Part shown: one piece after another, positions 48,779-58,870 of the stretch
Numbering within the stretch: the first letter of the stretch is position 1
Layout: each line of letters starts with the position of its first letter
Assembly: GCA_965226555.1 (NCBI GenBank)
Contig: CBDDDG010000001.1
Location: forward strand, 64,001-128,000
DNA: 64,000 nucleotides
DNA from: Salinispira sp.
Lineage (GTDB): Bacteria; Spirochaetota; Spirochaetia; DSM-27196; Salinispiraceae
Direction of reading: 5' to 3'
Made by a program: the position numbers and the translations under genes
The notes under the pieces: model-generated
Database searches by the model: none
What the model saw: the letters and a program-made list of their open reading frames with translations, nothing else
What the model was told of the DNA's origin: nothing

Positions 48779-50035
48779 ATGAAAAAAATTATCTATTTCG
48801 ATTCCTGGACACTGGGAATTCAGAATTATTGTTCCATTGACAGACTACTGCGAAACGACTGTCAGACTCTCCTTCTCCATGTAGAAAGTCTGGTAGTTCC
48901 CTATTTCGCTTCTCATGTTGACACCTCCTGGTATAGAGCTGAAAAAGAACAAAGAATCTCCGGTATCCATTGTAAGGATATTTCCGCGTACAACGGAATG
49001 ACAATTGCGGACATTCTGAAAACAGAAGCCCCCAATGTTGTTGTGCAGCTAAATGTGTCGCATCTTCAGAACCGAATGGTAACAGCAGCCTGCAAGCGTC
49101 TGGGTATAAAGGTAGTGTTTATGATGCACGGCGCAATCCGCAACCTGAATGAGGCCGAGTCGCTTGCTACCAGCCTGACAGAATCGCATAAACATAATAT
49201 TTCGCTTAAAGTCAAAAAAATCCGTAAATATATCAGGCTTCTGCGTGAATACCACGCGGCTTCAGGGAAAATCAGCGATACCCTAAACATTGCCCGACAA
49301 GTATTTTCTTCACCGTTTAAATTCACATGGAATCCAGAGCCTCATTTTTCATTAAATGTCGACAAATCTTTCGTCTATACAATTGCAGACATTCATTCTC
49401 TGTCGGAAGTATTTGGCATTCCATTAAAAAATAGTATGGCTGTCGGGAATCCAAAACTGGATCCGATATTGTCTGAACCGCATCAGAAAACACAACGGCA
49501 GTCTGATAAACTGAGGCTTTTATATATTGAAGGATCGGTCAATGATCTGAAGATGATGGATGATTCACAGCAAATGAATATTCTTTCATTTCTGAACGAA
49601 GCGGCAAAGCGAAACAAACTTGAATTTGTTATTAGACTCCACCCCGGTACAAACCGAAAGAATTTCATTCAGAAATTTGGTTCCGAGTATCAGTATTCGC
49701 CAGCAGATGAATCGTTGAAAAACTCCCTCCTTAATGCAACAATAATTACCGGGCATCACTCAACAGCAATGCTGGAAAGTATTGCCTACCGCATACCGAC
49801 CATTTCCCTGTTGTGGTTTGGAGGGGCACTCCAGCGCATTGTTGTTAATGAACATGATGTGGGAATTGTCAGACAAAAGAGCTCATTTGAAGAAAAACTG
49901 CGGGAGTTTCTTAAAAACGGCTGGATGCAGGAAGAAACCCGCAAAACATTATTTCCCCGGGGTGACATACCCGCGGCAGAAAATATTGTTGCGGAAATTA
50001 GGAAATTGGCAGACACAGAATCTGCCGTATTATGA
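48779..50035 (+). CDS. Putative nonulosonate/glycosyl transferase (GT-B like)
   Basis: MMHG, VGNPKLD, RLHP and STAMLES motifs; follows neuA. Confidence 0.55.
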   Translation: MKKIIYFDSWTLGIQNYCSIDRLLRNDCQTLLLHVESLVVPYFASHVDTSWYRAEKEQRISGIHCKDISAYNGMTIADILKTEAPNVVVQLNVSHLQNRMVTAACKRLGIKVVFMMHGAIRNLNEAESLATSLTESHKHNISLKVKKIRKYIRLLREYHAASGKISDTLNIARQVFSSPFKFTWNPEPHFSLNVDKSFVYTIADIHSLSEVFGIPLKNSMAVGNPKLDPILSEPHQKTQRQSDKLRLLYIEGSVNDLKMMDDSQQMNILSFLNEAAKRNKLEFVIRLHPGTNRKNFIQKFGSEYQYSPADESLKNSLLNATIITGHHSTAMLESIAYRIPTISLLWFGGALQRIVVNEHDVGIVRQKSSFEEKLREFLKNGWMQEETRKTLFPRGDIPAAENIVAEIRKLADTESAVL

Positions 50036-50135
50036 AAAAATTAATTCTGGCCTATGGTTTCAGCGAAGGTATAGCGAAAAGCTTGAACATGCGGATAATG
50101 GCGCGCGGAACGCAGAGCATTCCAAAGGAATAAGT

Positions 50136-51374
50136 ATGAAAAAAATACGCGGTCTACCAAAACTAAGGAATAACTTTAACCTTAAACTATTTTACATAGT
50201 GTGTCTGATCCCTGTCAATCTGTTATATAATGTAAATTATCTTTTCGCGTCTTTATATATCCGAAAACGATTCAGAAAAATTAATGATATTATTCTGCGT
50301 TTTTTTGTTGTATATGTTCCAATATGTTATTTGCTTGGATTTCTTACCGCGATATCTTTTAGTGTTTATGCCATAGGGAGGCATTTTATTAGTTTTGGCA
50401 TTTACTTTATCTTCCTGTGCCTGCTGTTTATTGAGTTCAACGAGAAAAAAATACGTATATTACTGGACGCGGTTATTATTATTGCTGTCATGTATGCTTC
50501 ATGGGTGCTATTAGTAATACTGTTTAATCCTCACGTTGCCATGAGTATTAACGATATTCGAAGCCTAAAAGAAATTCTGAGACTTTATCATATCTGGGGA
50601 TGGCCGCAATATAATGTCCCGGTGCTCATTTTTGCCCTGCTCCTGCTCCTGCCAAAGCTTTCGAGGAAAGTTACGCACTATTTTGCAGTTATAGTATTAT
50701 TGACTGTCATTATCTTTACCGGACTACGCGCGGCATATTTGGCACTGTTTGTTGGTTTTTTTTCGTATATCATAGTAAATATCTTAAAAATGGCAATGCT
50801 AAGATCATTTGAGAAACGCTTCCTGCATGTTCTGTCCGGGGTATGTATGTTTGCTCTTATAGCTTTATTATTTCTTTGGAACACAGCATTTTTTGACAGT
50901 GTTCTTTACCTGATTGAACGGGGAATTACTACATTGGAGGATTTTTTTACAAGGGGTCCTCCTACATTAAGATCAGATAACTTGAGATATGAACACTGGA
51001 GATTCGCTCTTAACCAGTTATGGAACACGAACTCCCTTCTCCATGGAAGCGGATTTATCGGAATATATGTATGGAATAATAATACGTTTGGAAGTCTTGA
51101 CAGTCAGTTCATAAATGATCTATTCCGTATGGGGTTAATTGGTACGTGTTTTGTGCTCTATTGTTTTGCCAAAATAATACGGTTTTTTTACCGATATGAT
51201 ACTCGCATTTTTTCATGTATGCTTGCCTTGTTGACGTATGGTTTTTTTCACACAACATATCAATCGCCATACATTGGCTTTATATTTTTCGCGCTATTGA
51301 GTTTTGCAGATTCCCAATCGCCAACGAAAGGAAAACGCAAGCATCGAGTATTACAGCGGGAGGAGAATATATGA
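50136..51374 (+). CDS. wzy: O-antigen polymerase/ligase-family membrane protein
   Basis: Multi-TM protein; TGLRAAYL, SDNLRYEHW, GLIG motifs; cluster context. Confidence 0.7.
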   Translation: MKKIRGLPKLRNNFNLKLFYIVCLIPVNLLYNVNYLFASLYIRKRFRKINDIILRFFVVYVPICYLLGFLTAISFSVYAIGRHFISFGIYFIFLCLLFIEFNEKKIRILLDAVIIIAVMYASWVLLVILFNPHVAMSINDIRSLKEILRLYHIWGWPQYNVPVLIFALLLLLPKLSRKVTHYFAVIVLLTVIIFTGLRAAYLALFVGFFSYIIVNILKMAMLRSFEKRFLHVLSGVCMFALIALLFLWNTAFFDSVLYLIERGITTLEDFFTRGPPTLRSDNLRYEHWRFALNQLWNTNSLLHGSGFIGIYVWNNNTFGSLDSQFINDLFRMGLIGTCFVLYCFAKIIRFFYRYDTRIFSCMLALLTYGFFHTTYQSPYIGFIFFALLSFADSQSPTKGKRKHRVLQREENI

Positions 51375-51405
51375 AAGTACTGTTATCTGTACAGGAGGCA
51401 AGAAG

Positions 51406-52551
51406 GTGAAAAATAGTCATTGCGTGCTCATACATGGTTTGAATTCACGAACGGGCGGAGGCAAGGTAATTCTGTATAATTTTCTTTCATATTTGTACAA
51501 TGAAGAATCCGGCAACACTAAATATATGTGTCTTGTGCCCAACCTCCATGAATATATGAACTTCGAATGCGCGCACATTACTGTCCGGACTCTTCCGGGA
51601 ATACTACGCAGAAATTTTGTATACCCGCTGGTAAATTCCCGCTTTCTGCCAAGGTATATTAGAAAACATAACATTGATGTTGTTTTTAATTTTTCGTCTG
51701 TTCCAATACCAACCCGCGCCAAGCAAATATTTTATTTTGACTGGCCCTATGCCGCATACATTGATTCTCCGGTGTGGAAAACAATGGATTTTAAGAACCG
51801 CATTACAAGACGCGTGAAGCTGTATTTTTTTAGAAAATATATCCCCTATGTTGATCTGCTCATTTGTCAGACTAATGACATAAAACGCTGTTTGAATACT
51901 CATTATACTATAAAACGCATTGAGGTTATTCCGCCAGGAATTTTAAAGGCGCATTTTTCTCAGAATATGAATACCAATATTGCGCTCCCTGCCGGATATA
52001 AACTGTTTTATCCGACACGATACTATCCGCACAAAAACCTGGAAACATTACTTCCTCTTATTCGCTTAATAAAAAATAAAGAATTGGACATAAAAATAAT
52101 TATTACTCTTGAGAATAATCAGCATTCTGGCGCCCGAAAAATACTCCAGACAATTATGGCAGACAAGTTGGATAAGTACATAATTAATATCGGATACCTT
52201 CCGAGTGAAGAAGTATCTGCGCTATTCCAGTTATGCGATGGATTGCTCATGCCGACATTGCTGGAATCGCATAGTTTGGCGTATATTGAAGCCATGGTTC
52301 ACCGGAAACCTATTTTTACCAGCGATTTTGGCTTTGCCCGCGAAGTGTGTAAAAATGCCGCAGTGTATTTTGATCCATACAATCCGTCCGATATTCTTGA
52401 CAAAATACTGTCAGTAAAAAACAATACTACCGAACAGCAGAGAATGATTGAGGCCGGGAGTACCATTCTTAAAACTCGACCGACCGCAGATGAAGTACAC
52501 AAAAAATTTGTTACTGCAATTCATTCAATTCTCAGCGAACGCGCCACGTAA
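51406..52551 (+). CDS. Glycosyltransferase family 4
   Basis: YYPHKNL, MPTLLESHSLAYIEAM, AAVYFDP. Confidence 0.88.
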   Translation: MKNSHCVLIHGLNSRTGGGKVILYNFLSYLYNEESGNTKYMCLVPNLHEYMNFECAHITVRTLPGILRRNFVYPLVNSRFLPRYIRKHNIDVVFNFSSVPIPTRAKQIFYFDWPYAAYIDSPVWKTMDFKNRITRRVKLYFFRKYIPYVDLLICQTNDIKRCLNTHYTIKRIEVIPPGILKAHFSQNMNTNIALPAGYKLFYPTRYYPHKNLETLLPLIRLIKNKELDIKIIITLENNQHSGARKILQTIMADKLDKYIINIGYLPSEEVSALFQLCDGLLMPTLLESHSLAYIEAMVHRKPIFTSDFGFAREVCKNAAVYFDPYNPSDILDKILSVKNNTTEQQRMIEAGSTILKTRPTADEVHKKFVTAIHSILSERAT

Positions 52552-52586
52552 CGTACTACACTCATGTAGAAAACAAGGAAACATAC

Positions 52587-54734
52587 ATGAAACAGATTCT
52601 TCAAAATCTTCAGACCGGTGAAACGGAAGTTGTTAATGTTCCCGCCCCCGAGGTTGCTGCGGGGCATCTGCTTATACGCACCAGCTACAGTCTCATTTCG
52701 GCGGGGACGGAGCGCATGCTGGTAGAATTCGGGAAGGGCAATGTGCTGCAGAAGGCGCGTCAGCAGCCGGATAAGGTGAAACAGGTTCTGGAGAAGATCA
52801 GAACCGATGGTATTATGCCGACCCTGAACAGTGTTCGCAACAAACTTTCGCAGCCGCTTGCGCTGGGCTATGCCAATGCCGGTGAGGTGCTGGCCATTGG
52901 CGCGGGGGTGTCGGGTTTTGCTCCGGGCGACAGGGTGGCGAGTAACGGCAACCATGCCGAAATGGCGCTGGTTCCTTCCATGCTCTGCGCGAAAATTCCC
53001 CCGACGGTTAATGACGAAACCGCAGCCTACACTGTTCTAGCCTCCATTGCTCTGCAGGGCATACGGCTGGCTGGGCCCGCGCTGGGCGAAACAATTGTGG
53101 TTATTGGGCTGGGGCTCATTGGGCTGTTGACGGTTCAGTTGCTCAGGGCGCAGGGCTGCAGGGTCATTGCCTCCGATCTTAATTCAGAGCGGCTTACATT
53201 AGCGGATCATTTCGGCGCGCACGCGGTGAATCCCAATGAGGCAGAGGGAGCGGACGGGATCGTTCCAACGGTGGAAAGCCTGACGCGCGGACAGGGGGCG
53301 GACGCGGTTATTATTGCCGCATCGACAAAGAGCAGCGATCCGGTACGTCAGGCCGCGCGCGCCTGCCGAAAACGCGGGCGAATCGTTCTGGTCGGGGTCG
53401 CCGGGCTTGAGCTTTCCCGTGCCGATTTTTATGAAAAGGAATTGACCTTCCAGGTCTCATGCTCCTATGGACCCGGTCGCTACGATCCGCTCTATGAAGA
53501 AAAGGGGCAGGATTATCCCATTGGCTTTGTCCGCTGGACAGAACAGCGAAACTTTCAGGCCGTACTGGAGATAATGGCTGAGAAAAAACTCAATACCGAA
53601 GCCCTCACAACACACCACTTTCCTATTTCACATGCCGGAGAGGCCTATAAGCTCATAAACAGCGGCGAGCCGTCATTGGGAATAGTGCTGGAGTATCCCC
53701 GGGCACCAGAACAGGCAGAACAGCCAGAACAGCCCGAACAACACACGGCATTGGCTCCGAACGGGCAGTCTCCTGCCCCGCGGAACGGGGGAAAACAGGG
53801 AAAGAGGGTTGCATTTGTCGGCGCTGGTAATTATGCCGGAGCTGTTCTCATTCCTGCCTTCAAGGCGGGCGGGGCGGAGCTCGCTGCGGTGGTATCGCAA
53901 AAGGGAGTGTCGGCCTTTCATGCGGCCCGGAAACATGGCTTTGAACGGGCGGTGAGCACTGCCGATGAGCTGTTGCAGAATGCGGACATTCAGGCGGTGG
54001 TTATTGCCACCCGGCACAATGACCATGCCGAACTGGTGGAGCGCGCCCTGCGCGCGGGCAAGCATGTGTTCGTGGAAAAGCCCTTGTGCTTGCAGGCGCA
54101 TGAACTGAGCAACATTCAGAAACTGTACAAAGCGGCTCGCGAAAACGGCAGCCCTCCGGTGCTCATGGTGGGCTTTAACCGGCGGTTTTCGCCGCTGGTA
54201 CAGAAAATGAAAATGCTGCTCGACAAAATGCCGCAGGCAAAGTCGTTCATTATGACGGTCAATGCCGGATCAATTCCAGCCGATCATTGGACACAGGACA
54301 GGGAAGTTGGCGGGGGGCGAATTATTGGCGAGGCATGCCATTTTATCGATCTCCTCCGCTTTCTCGCTGGATCGGCAATATCGAACTGGAAAAAAAATAC
54401 CATGATGGAGCAGGAAGATACTGTCTCTATTGATCTTGGCTTTGAGGACGGGTCAGTTGGCTCCATTCATTATTTTGCCAATGGTTCCCGCTCTTTCCCG
54501 AAGGAACGGTTGGAGGTCTTTTCCGGAGGCGCAATTCTGCAACTGAATAATTTCCGCAGGTTGACAGGCTACGGCTGGCCGAGATTCTCCCGAATGAACC
54601 TCATGAATCAGAATAAGGGGCAGCTCGCCTGCGCGCGGGCCTTTGTTGAGAGCATTTCCCATGGGGCGCCGCCTCCCATTCCCCCCGAAGAACTCTTTGA
54701 GGTGAGCCGCGTTGCCATTGAATTGGCCCACTAA
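52587..54734 (+). CDS. Bi-domain oxidoreductase (Zn-binding dehydrogenase + Gfo/Idh/MocA)
   Basis: SLISAGTE, GLGLIG, SCSYGPGRYD, HVFVEKP, VGFNRRF. Confidence 0.92.
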   Translation: MKQILQNLQTGETEVVNVPAPEVAAGHLLIRTSYSLISAGTERMLVEFGKGNVLQKARQQPDKVKQVLEKIRTDGIMPTLNSVRNKLSQPLALGYANAGEVLAIGAGVSGFAPGDRVASNGNHAEMALVPSMLCAKIPPTVNDETAAYTVLASIALQGIRLAGPALGETIVVIGLGLIGLLTVQLLRAQGCRVIASDLNSERLTLADHFGAHAVNPNEAEGADGIVPTVESLTRGQGADAVIIAASTKSSDPVRQAARACRKRGRIVLVGVAGLELSRADFYEKELTFQVSCSYGPGRYDPLYEEKGQDYPIGFVRWTEQRNFQAVLEIMAEKKLNTEALTTHHFPISHAGEAYKLINSGEPSLGIVLEYPRAPEQAEQPEQPEQHTALAPNGQSPAPRNGGKQGKRVAFVGAGNYAGAVLIPAFKAGGAELAAVVSQKGVSAFHAARKHGFERAVSTADELLQNADIQAVVIATRHNDHAELVERALRAGKHVFVEKPLCLQAHELSNIQKLYKAARENGSPPVLMVGFNRRFSPLVQKMKMLLDKMPQAKSFIMTVNAGSIPADHWTQDREVGGGRIIGEACHFIDLLRFLAGSAISNWKKNTMMEQEDTVSIDLGFEDGSVGSIHYFANGSRSFPKERLEVFSGGAILQLNNFRRLTGYGWPRFSRMNLMNQNKGQLACARAFVESISHGAPPPIPPEELFEVSRVAIELAH

Positions 54735-54747
54735 CAGCGAGAGCGCA

Positions 54748-56511
54748 ATGAATATTTTTAACACCCTGAGAAAGTATTTTTTCACCATCTGCTACCTCAG
54801 GCCAGTTCAAATATTCAACCGCATTCTCCGCCGCCTGCCGAAAAGCCGCCCGGTCATTCGCGGGGTTCCCATTCTGAACCTTGTCCGGGGAACATGGATC
54901 GCTCCTGTGGCGGGCGCGCCCTGCATGACGGCCCCGAACGAGTTTGTGTTCATGGGCGAACGGGGGAGCATTACGGAAATTGGCTGGAATGGCCCGGAGC
55001 GCGAAGCCCTGTGGCGTTATAACCTGCATTACTTCGATTCCCTCACTGCCCGCGGCGCACAGGAACAGGAGAACTGGCATACGAATCTCATTGAGGACTG
55101 GGTCAGGCAGAACCCCCCCTGCGGAGGCGCTGGTTGGGAGCCCTATCCGCTCTCCCGGCGCATTGTGAACATAATAAAATGGTCGCTTGCCGGAAATGAG
55201 CTGACCGCCGCATGGAAGCAGAGCCTCTTTCTTCAGGCTGCCTGGCTGCGCCGGAACATTGAATGGCATCTTCTGGCAAATCATCTGCTTGCCAATGCCA
55301 AAGCGCTTATTTTTGCCGGACTCTTCTTTACCGGCAGGAAACCGCGGAGGTGGCTGAACACAGGGCTTACGATTCTGAAGTCTGAATTGGATGAGCAGAT
55401 ACTCGCGGACGGCGGGCATTTTGAGCGGAGCCCAATGTACCATGCCATTGTTCTGGAAGATATTCTGGACATAATTAATGTTCTCAGTGCATATTATGGA
55501 GCTGATGCTGATGTAACCGCCGCCGGATCAATCTACGCCGCCTGCGCGCGGGCAGCCATAGCCATGCTGCGCTGGTCAGAAGTAATGACGCACCCCGATA
55601 CTCATATTGCCTTCTTCAATGACAGCGCGCTCGGCATTGCCCCAACCCTCAGTCAACTCTCCGACTATGCTGAGCGCGTGCATGTTACGAGTACTGCTCG
55701 CCCGCTCGCCGCCCCGAAGGACGACCCGCAACGGAACGCAGACCCGCAACGGAACACAGACCCGCAGTGCGCGCGTTTACCCCAATCGGGATACATAAAA
55801 ATTGCAACCGGGCCGGCAACCGCCATTTTAGATGTCGCGCCCATTGGCCCGAATTATCAGCCCGGGCACGCTCACGCGGACACCCTGAGCTTTGAACTGT
55901 CGCTGTGGGGGAGTCGGGTACTTGTGAATGGCGGAACATCATGCTATGGTTTAAGCGCTCGCCGGTTGGCCGAACGGCAGACATCGGCGCATAACACGGT
56001 GGAAATTAACGGAGAGAGTTCATCGGAGGTCTGGTCGGGCTTCCGCGTGGGGCGCCGCGCCCGGCCTGTGGGGCTGCGCGTGCTTCGGAATGGGAAAAAA
56101 CTCATGGTTCGCTGTTCTCATACCGGCTACCGGAGAATTGGCGGAGAACATGTCAGAACATGGCGCATGGATCCGCAGAGTCTGACAATAGAGGACATGG
56201 TAACTGGCGAGCACCCGGCAGTGGCACGTTTCCGCTTCCATCCGCGCTGCGTTGTTAAAACCGCAGGAAAAAATATGCTGCTGGTGAATGTTCGGGGAGC
56301 GGCGCGCGCTGCGCGGCTCATTATTCATCGCGGAAGTTGGCGTCTTGCCGGCGGCGCGTATGCCCCACAGTTCGGCGCAGTTCTCCCCGCTCCTGTGCTT
56401 GAGGTCTCCTGCGCTGTCCGTGAACCGGCGCTGCCTCGGCAGCGGGTTCTCAGGGAATCATTGGTGCACATACATTGGGCAGATGAGAACCCGGAGGAGG
56501 AACTGCGGTGA
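54748..56511 (+). CDS. Heparinase II/III-family protein
   Basis: LWRYNLHYFD, ANHL, DGGHFERSPMYH, GHAHADTLSFEL, AHNTV. Confidence 0.9.
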   Translation: MNIFNTLRKYFFTICYLRPVQIFNRILRRLPKSRPVIRGVPILNLVRGTWIAPVAGAPCMTAPNEFVFMGERGSITEIGWNGPEREALWRYNLHYFDSLTARGAQEQENWHTNLIEDWVRQNPPCGGAGWEPYPLSRRIVNIIKWSLAGNELTAAWKQSLFLQAAWLRRNIEWHLLANHLLANAKALIFAGLFFTGRKPRRWLNTGLTILKSELDEQILADGGHFERSPMYHAIVLEDILDIINVLSAYYGADADVTAAGSIYAACARAAIAMLRWSEVMTHPDTHIAFFNDSALGIAPTLSQLSDYAERVHVTSTARPLAAPKDDPQRNADPQRNTDPQCARLPQSGYIKIATGPATAILDVAPIGPNYQPGHAHADTLSFELSLWGSRVLVNGGTSCYGLSARRLAERQTSAHNTVEINGESSSEVWSGFRVGRRARPVGLRVLRNGKKLMVRCSHTGYRRIGGEHVRTWRMDPQSLTIEDMVTGEHPAVARFRFHPRCVVKTAGKNMLLVNVRGAARAARLIIHRGSWRLAGGAYAPQFGAVLPAPVLEVSCAVREPALPRQRVLRESLVHIHWADENPEEELR

Positions 56512-57734
56512 AAATGAGCATTATCAGTAACTATTTTCCTCCAGAAATTGGCGCGGCATCTTCCCGGGTATTCGCTATGGCAGTACTTTTACAAAATACG
56601 GGCATGGATGTCGAAGTGCTTACAGCTCTGCCGAATCATCCTCTCGGAAAAATCTTTCATACGTACCGCGGCAAATTCATGGTTAAAGAAACCGTGAAGG
56701 GTATTCGGATCCGACGCTTCTGGCTTTTTGCGTCCAATTCATCGCGGGCGCTGCCGAGAATTGTGAGCATGCTGTCATTATCTGTAACAATTTTTGCTGC
56801 GCTGCCGCATCTCATTTTCCGCCGTCCCCGCGTTGTTATTGTTAACAGCCCGCCCCTATTGCTTGGTCTGGCGGGAATCATTTTGTCGGCGCTCTGCGGC
56901 GCCCGAACGGTTCTCAACATTTCCGATATATGGCCACTTTCCGCCTTTGAAATGGGCGCCATGTCGAAGGGCTTTCTGTACAGCAGACTTAAGGGCATTG
57001 AACGATTCATGTACAGGGCATCTCATGGCTTTCTGGGCCAGTCGAATGAGATTCTGGAGCACATTAGGTCCCTTCAGCCCCGAAAATCGGCGCTGCTCTA
57101 TCGGAATCTCGCGCGGGTATCGAAGTTTATTGATAATACGCCCTCCATCAAACAGAAACGCATGAGAATAATTTATGCCGGCTTATTGGGTGTCGCGCAG
57201 GGCATTGCTGATATTTGCCGGAATGTCGATTTTTCCTCGCTACGCGCTGAATTTCATATCTACGGAGACGGGAATGAGCGGGCGCTCATTGAGGACTACA
57301 TAAAAACGCATGCCAACTGTCACATTTTCATTCATAACACGGTGAGTCCCGATGCCCTTCTCGAAGTACTGGCGCAGTTTCACGCAATGCTCGTCCCCCT
57401 CAAAAGCAGCATTCGAGGAGCCATGCCCTCAAAACTCTATACAGCCCTTGCCGCTGGCCTGCCGGTTATTTTCTCCGGCAGTGGCGAGGGTGAGCGTTTT
57501 GTTATACAATACAAATTGGGCTGGGTGAGCGATCCGGTAAACTATAACGCGCTGCAAAAAAATATTGAACAACTGGCAAACATGGAAGAACGCGAGTACC
57601 GTAACCTGCGGAAAAGTATTTCACACATTGCCAAAACACAGTTTAGCATTGAGATGCAGGGAAACGATCTTGTCAACTTCCTGAGGCAGCCCCCCAAAGC
57701 ACACATGGATGCAGATATGGAGAAATTGCCATGA
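56508..57734 (+). CDS. Glycosyltransferase family 4 (WbuB-like)
   Basis: YFPPEIGAAS, PNHP.G, DIWP, YAGLLG, PSKLY. Confidence 0.88.
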   Translation: MKMSIISNYFPPEIGAASSRVFAMAVLLQNTGMDVEVLTALPNHPLGKIFHTYRGKFMVKETVKGIRIRRFWLFASNSSRALPRIVSMLSLSVTIFAALPHLIFRRPRVVIVNSPPLLLGLAGIILSALCGARTVLNISDIWPLSAFEMGAMSKGFLYSRLKGIERFMYRASHGFLGQSNEILEHIRSLQPRKSALLYRNLARVSKFIDNTPSIKQKRMRIIYAGLLGVAQGIADICRNVDFSSLRAEFHIYGDGNERALIEDYIKTHANCHIFIHNTVSPDALLEVLAQFHAMLVPLKSSIRGAMPSKLYTALAAGLPVIFSGSGEGERFVIQYKLGWVSDPVNYNALQKNIEQLANMEEREYRNLRKSISHIAKTQFSIEMQGNDLVNFLRQPPKAHMDADMEKLP

Positions 57735-58870
57735 AAAAAATTATGCTGACCTTCGGAACACGACCCGAGGCCATTAAAATGGCTCCTCTGGTACTGGCAA
57801 TGCGGCAGACAGAGAAATTACAACCCATTGTCTGTGTTAGCGGTCAGCACCGGCAGATGCTGGATCAGGTACTTGAGCTCTTCGATATTCGGCCCGATCT
57901 GGATCTTGCCATAATGCGCGATGGGCAAGACTTAACAGATATTAATGCCAATGTTCTGTTCGGCATGCGCGAGGCCTTCAAAACCTTCGAGCCGAATATG
58001 CTTCTCATTCATGGCGATACCTCAACGGCCATGGCCGCGAGTGTCGCCGCCTTCTACGCGGGCATACCAACTGGCCATGTTGAAGCGGGACTGCGCAGCC
58101 ATAATATGAGCTCTCCCTATCCTGAGGAATTCAACCGCAGGGTCGTGAGTCTGACTGCGGCAGCGCATTTCGCCCCAACCCCCTTGGCGAGGAATCAATT
58201 ACTGGCGGAAGGAATTCCAGACGCGCGCATTACGGTAACGGGCAATACCATTATCGATTCCCTTCATTTCATACTACACCGTCTTGAAAACAATGAAGAA
58301 CGCAGGCAGAAAATTGATACCATGCTCTCAAACTGCCTTCATTTTGACCATTACCATGAAAAATTCATAGTCATTACCGGGCATAGGCGCGAAAGTTTTG
58401 GCGCGGGGTTCAAAAACATGTGCACGGCAATAAAATTTCTCGCGGAAAAGTACCCTCACATACATTTTGTGTATCCGGTACATCTGAACCCCAACGTGAA
58501 GCAGCCGGTATATCAATATCTTTCAAACAGAGAAAACATTCATCTCATTAATCCGCTGGAATATGAATCATTCCTGTGGCTGCTCCGGCACTGCCATTTT
58601 GCGCTGACAGACAGCGGCGGTATTCAGGAAGAGGGGCCGAGTCTCGCCAAGCCCGTGCTTGTTATGCGCGAAATAACCGAGCGTCCCGAAGGTGTGGATG
58701 CAGGGGCTGTGAGCTTAGTCGGCGCGAATTTTGACAAAATAGTGAGCGAAACATCGCGGCTCCTCACCGACAGCGAGGCCTACAACACCATGTCGCAGGC
58801 AGTAAACCCCTATGGCGATGGCAGAGCCTGCGAACGCATTATTCACTTTCTTACAAAGGAACTGCCGTAA
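57731..58870 (+). CDS. wecB: UDP-N-acetylglucosamine 2-epimerase (non-hydrolysing)
   Basis: FGTRPEAIKMAP, HVEAGLRS, TDSGGIQEE. Confidence 0.96.
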   Translation: MKKIMLTFGTRPEAIKMAPLVLAMRQTEKLQPIVCVSGQHRQMLDQVLELFDIRPDLDLAIMRDGQDLTDINANVLFGMREAFKTFEPNMLLIHGDTSTAMAASVAAFYAGIPTGHVEAGLRSHNMSSPYPEEFNRRVVSLTAAAHFAPTPLARNQLLAEGIPDARITVTGNTIIDSLHFILHRLENNEERRQKIDTMLSNCLHFDHYHEKFIVITGHRRESFGAGFKNMCTAIKFLAEKYPHIHFVYPVHLNPNVKQPVYQYLSNRENIHLINPLEYESFLWLLRHCHFALTDSGGIQEEGPSLAKPVLVMREITERPEGVDAGAVSLVGANFDKIVSETSRLLTDSEAYNTMSQAVNPYGDGRACERIIHFLTKELP

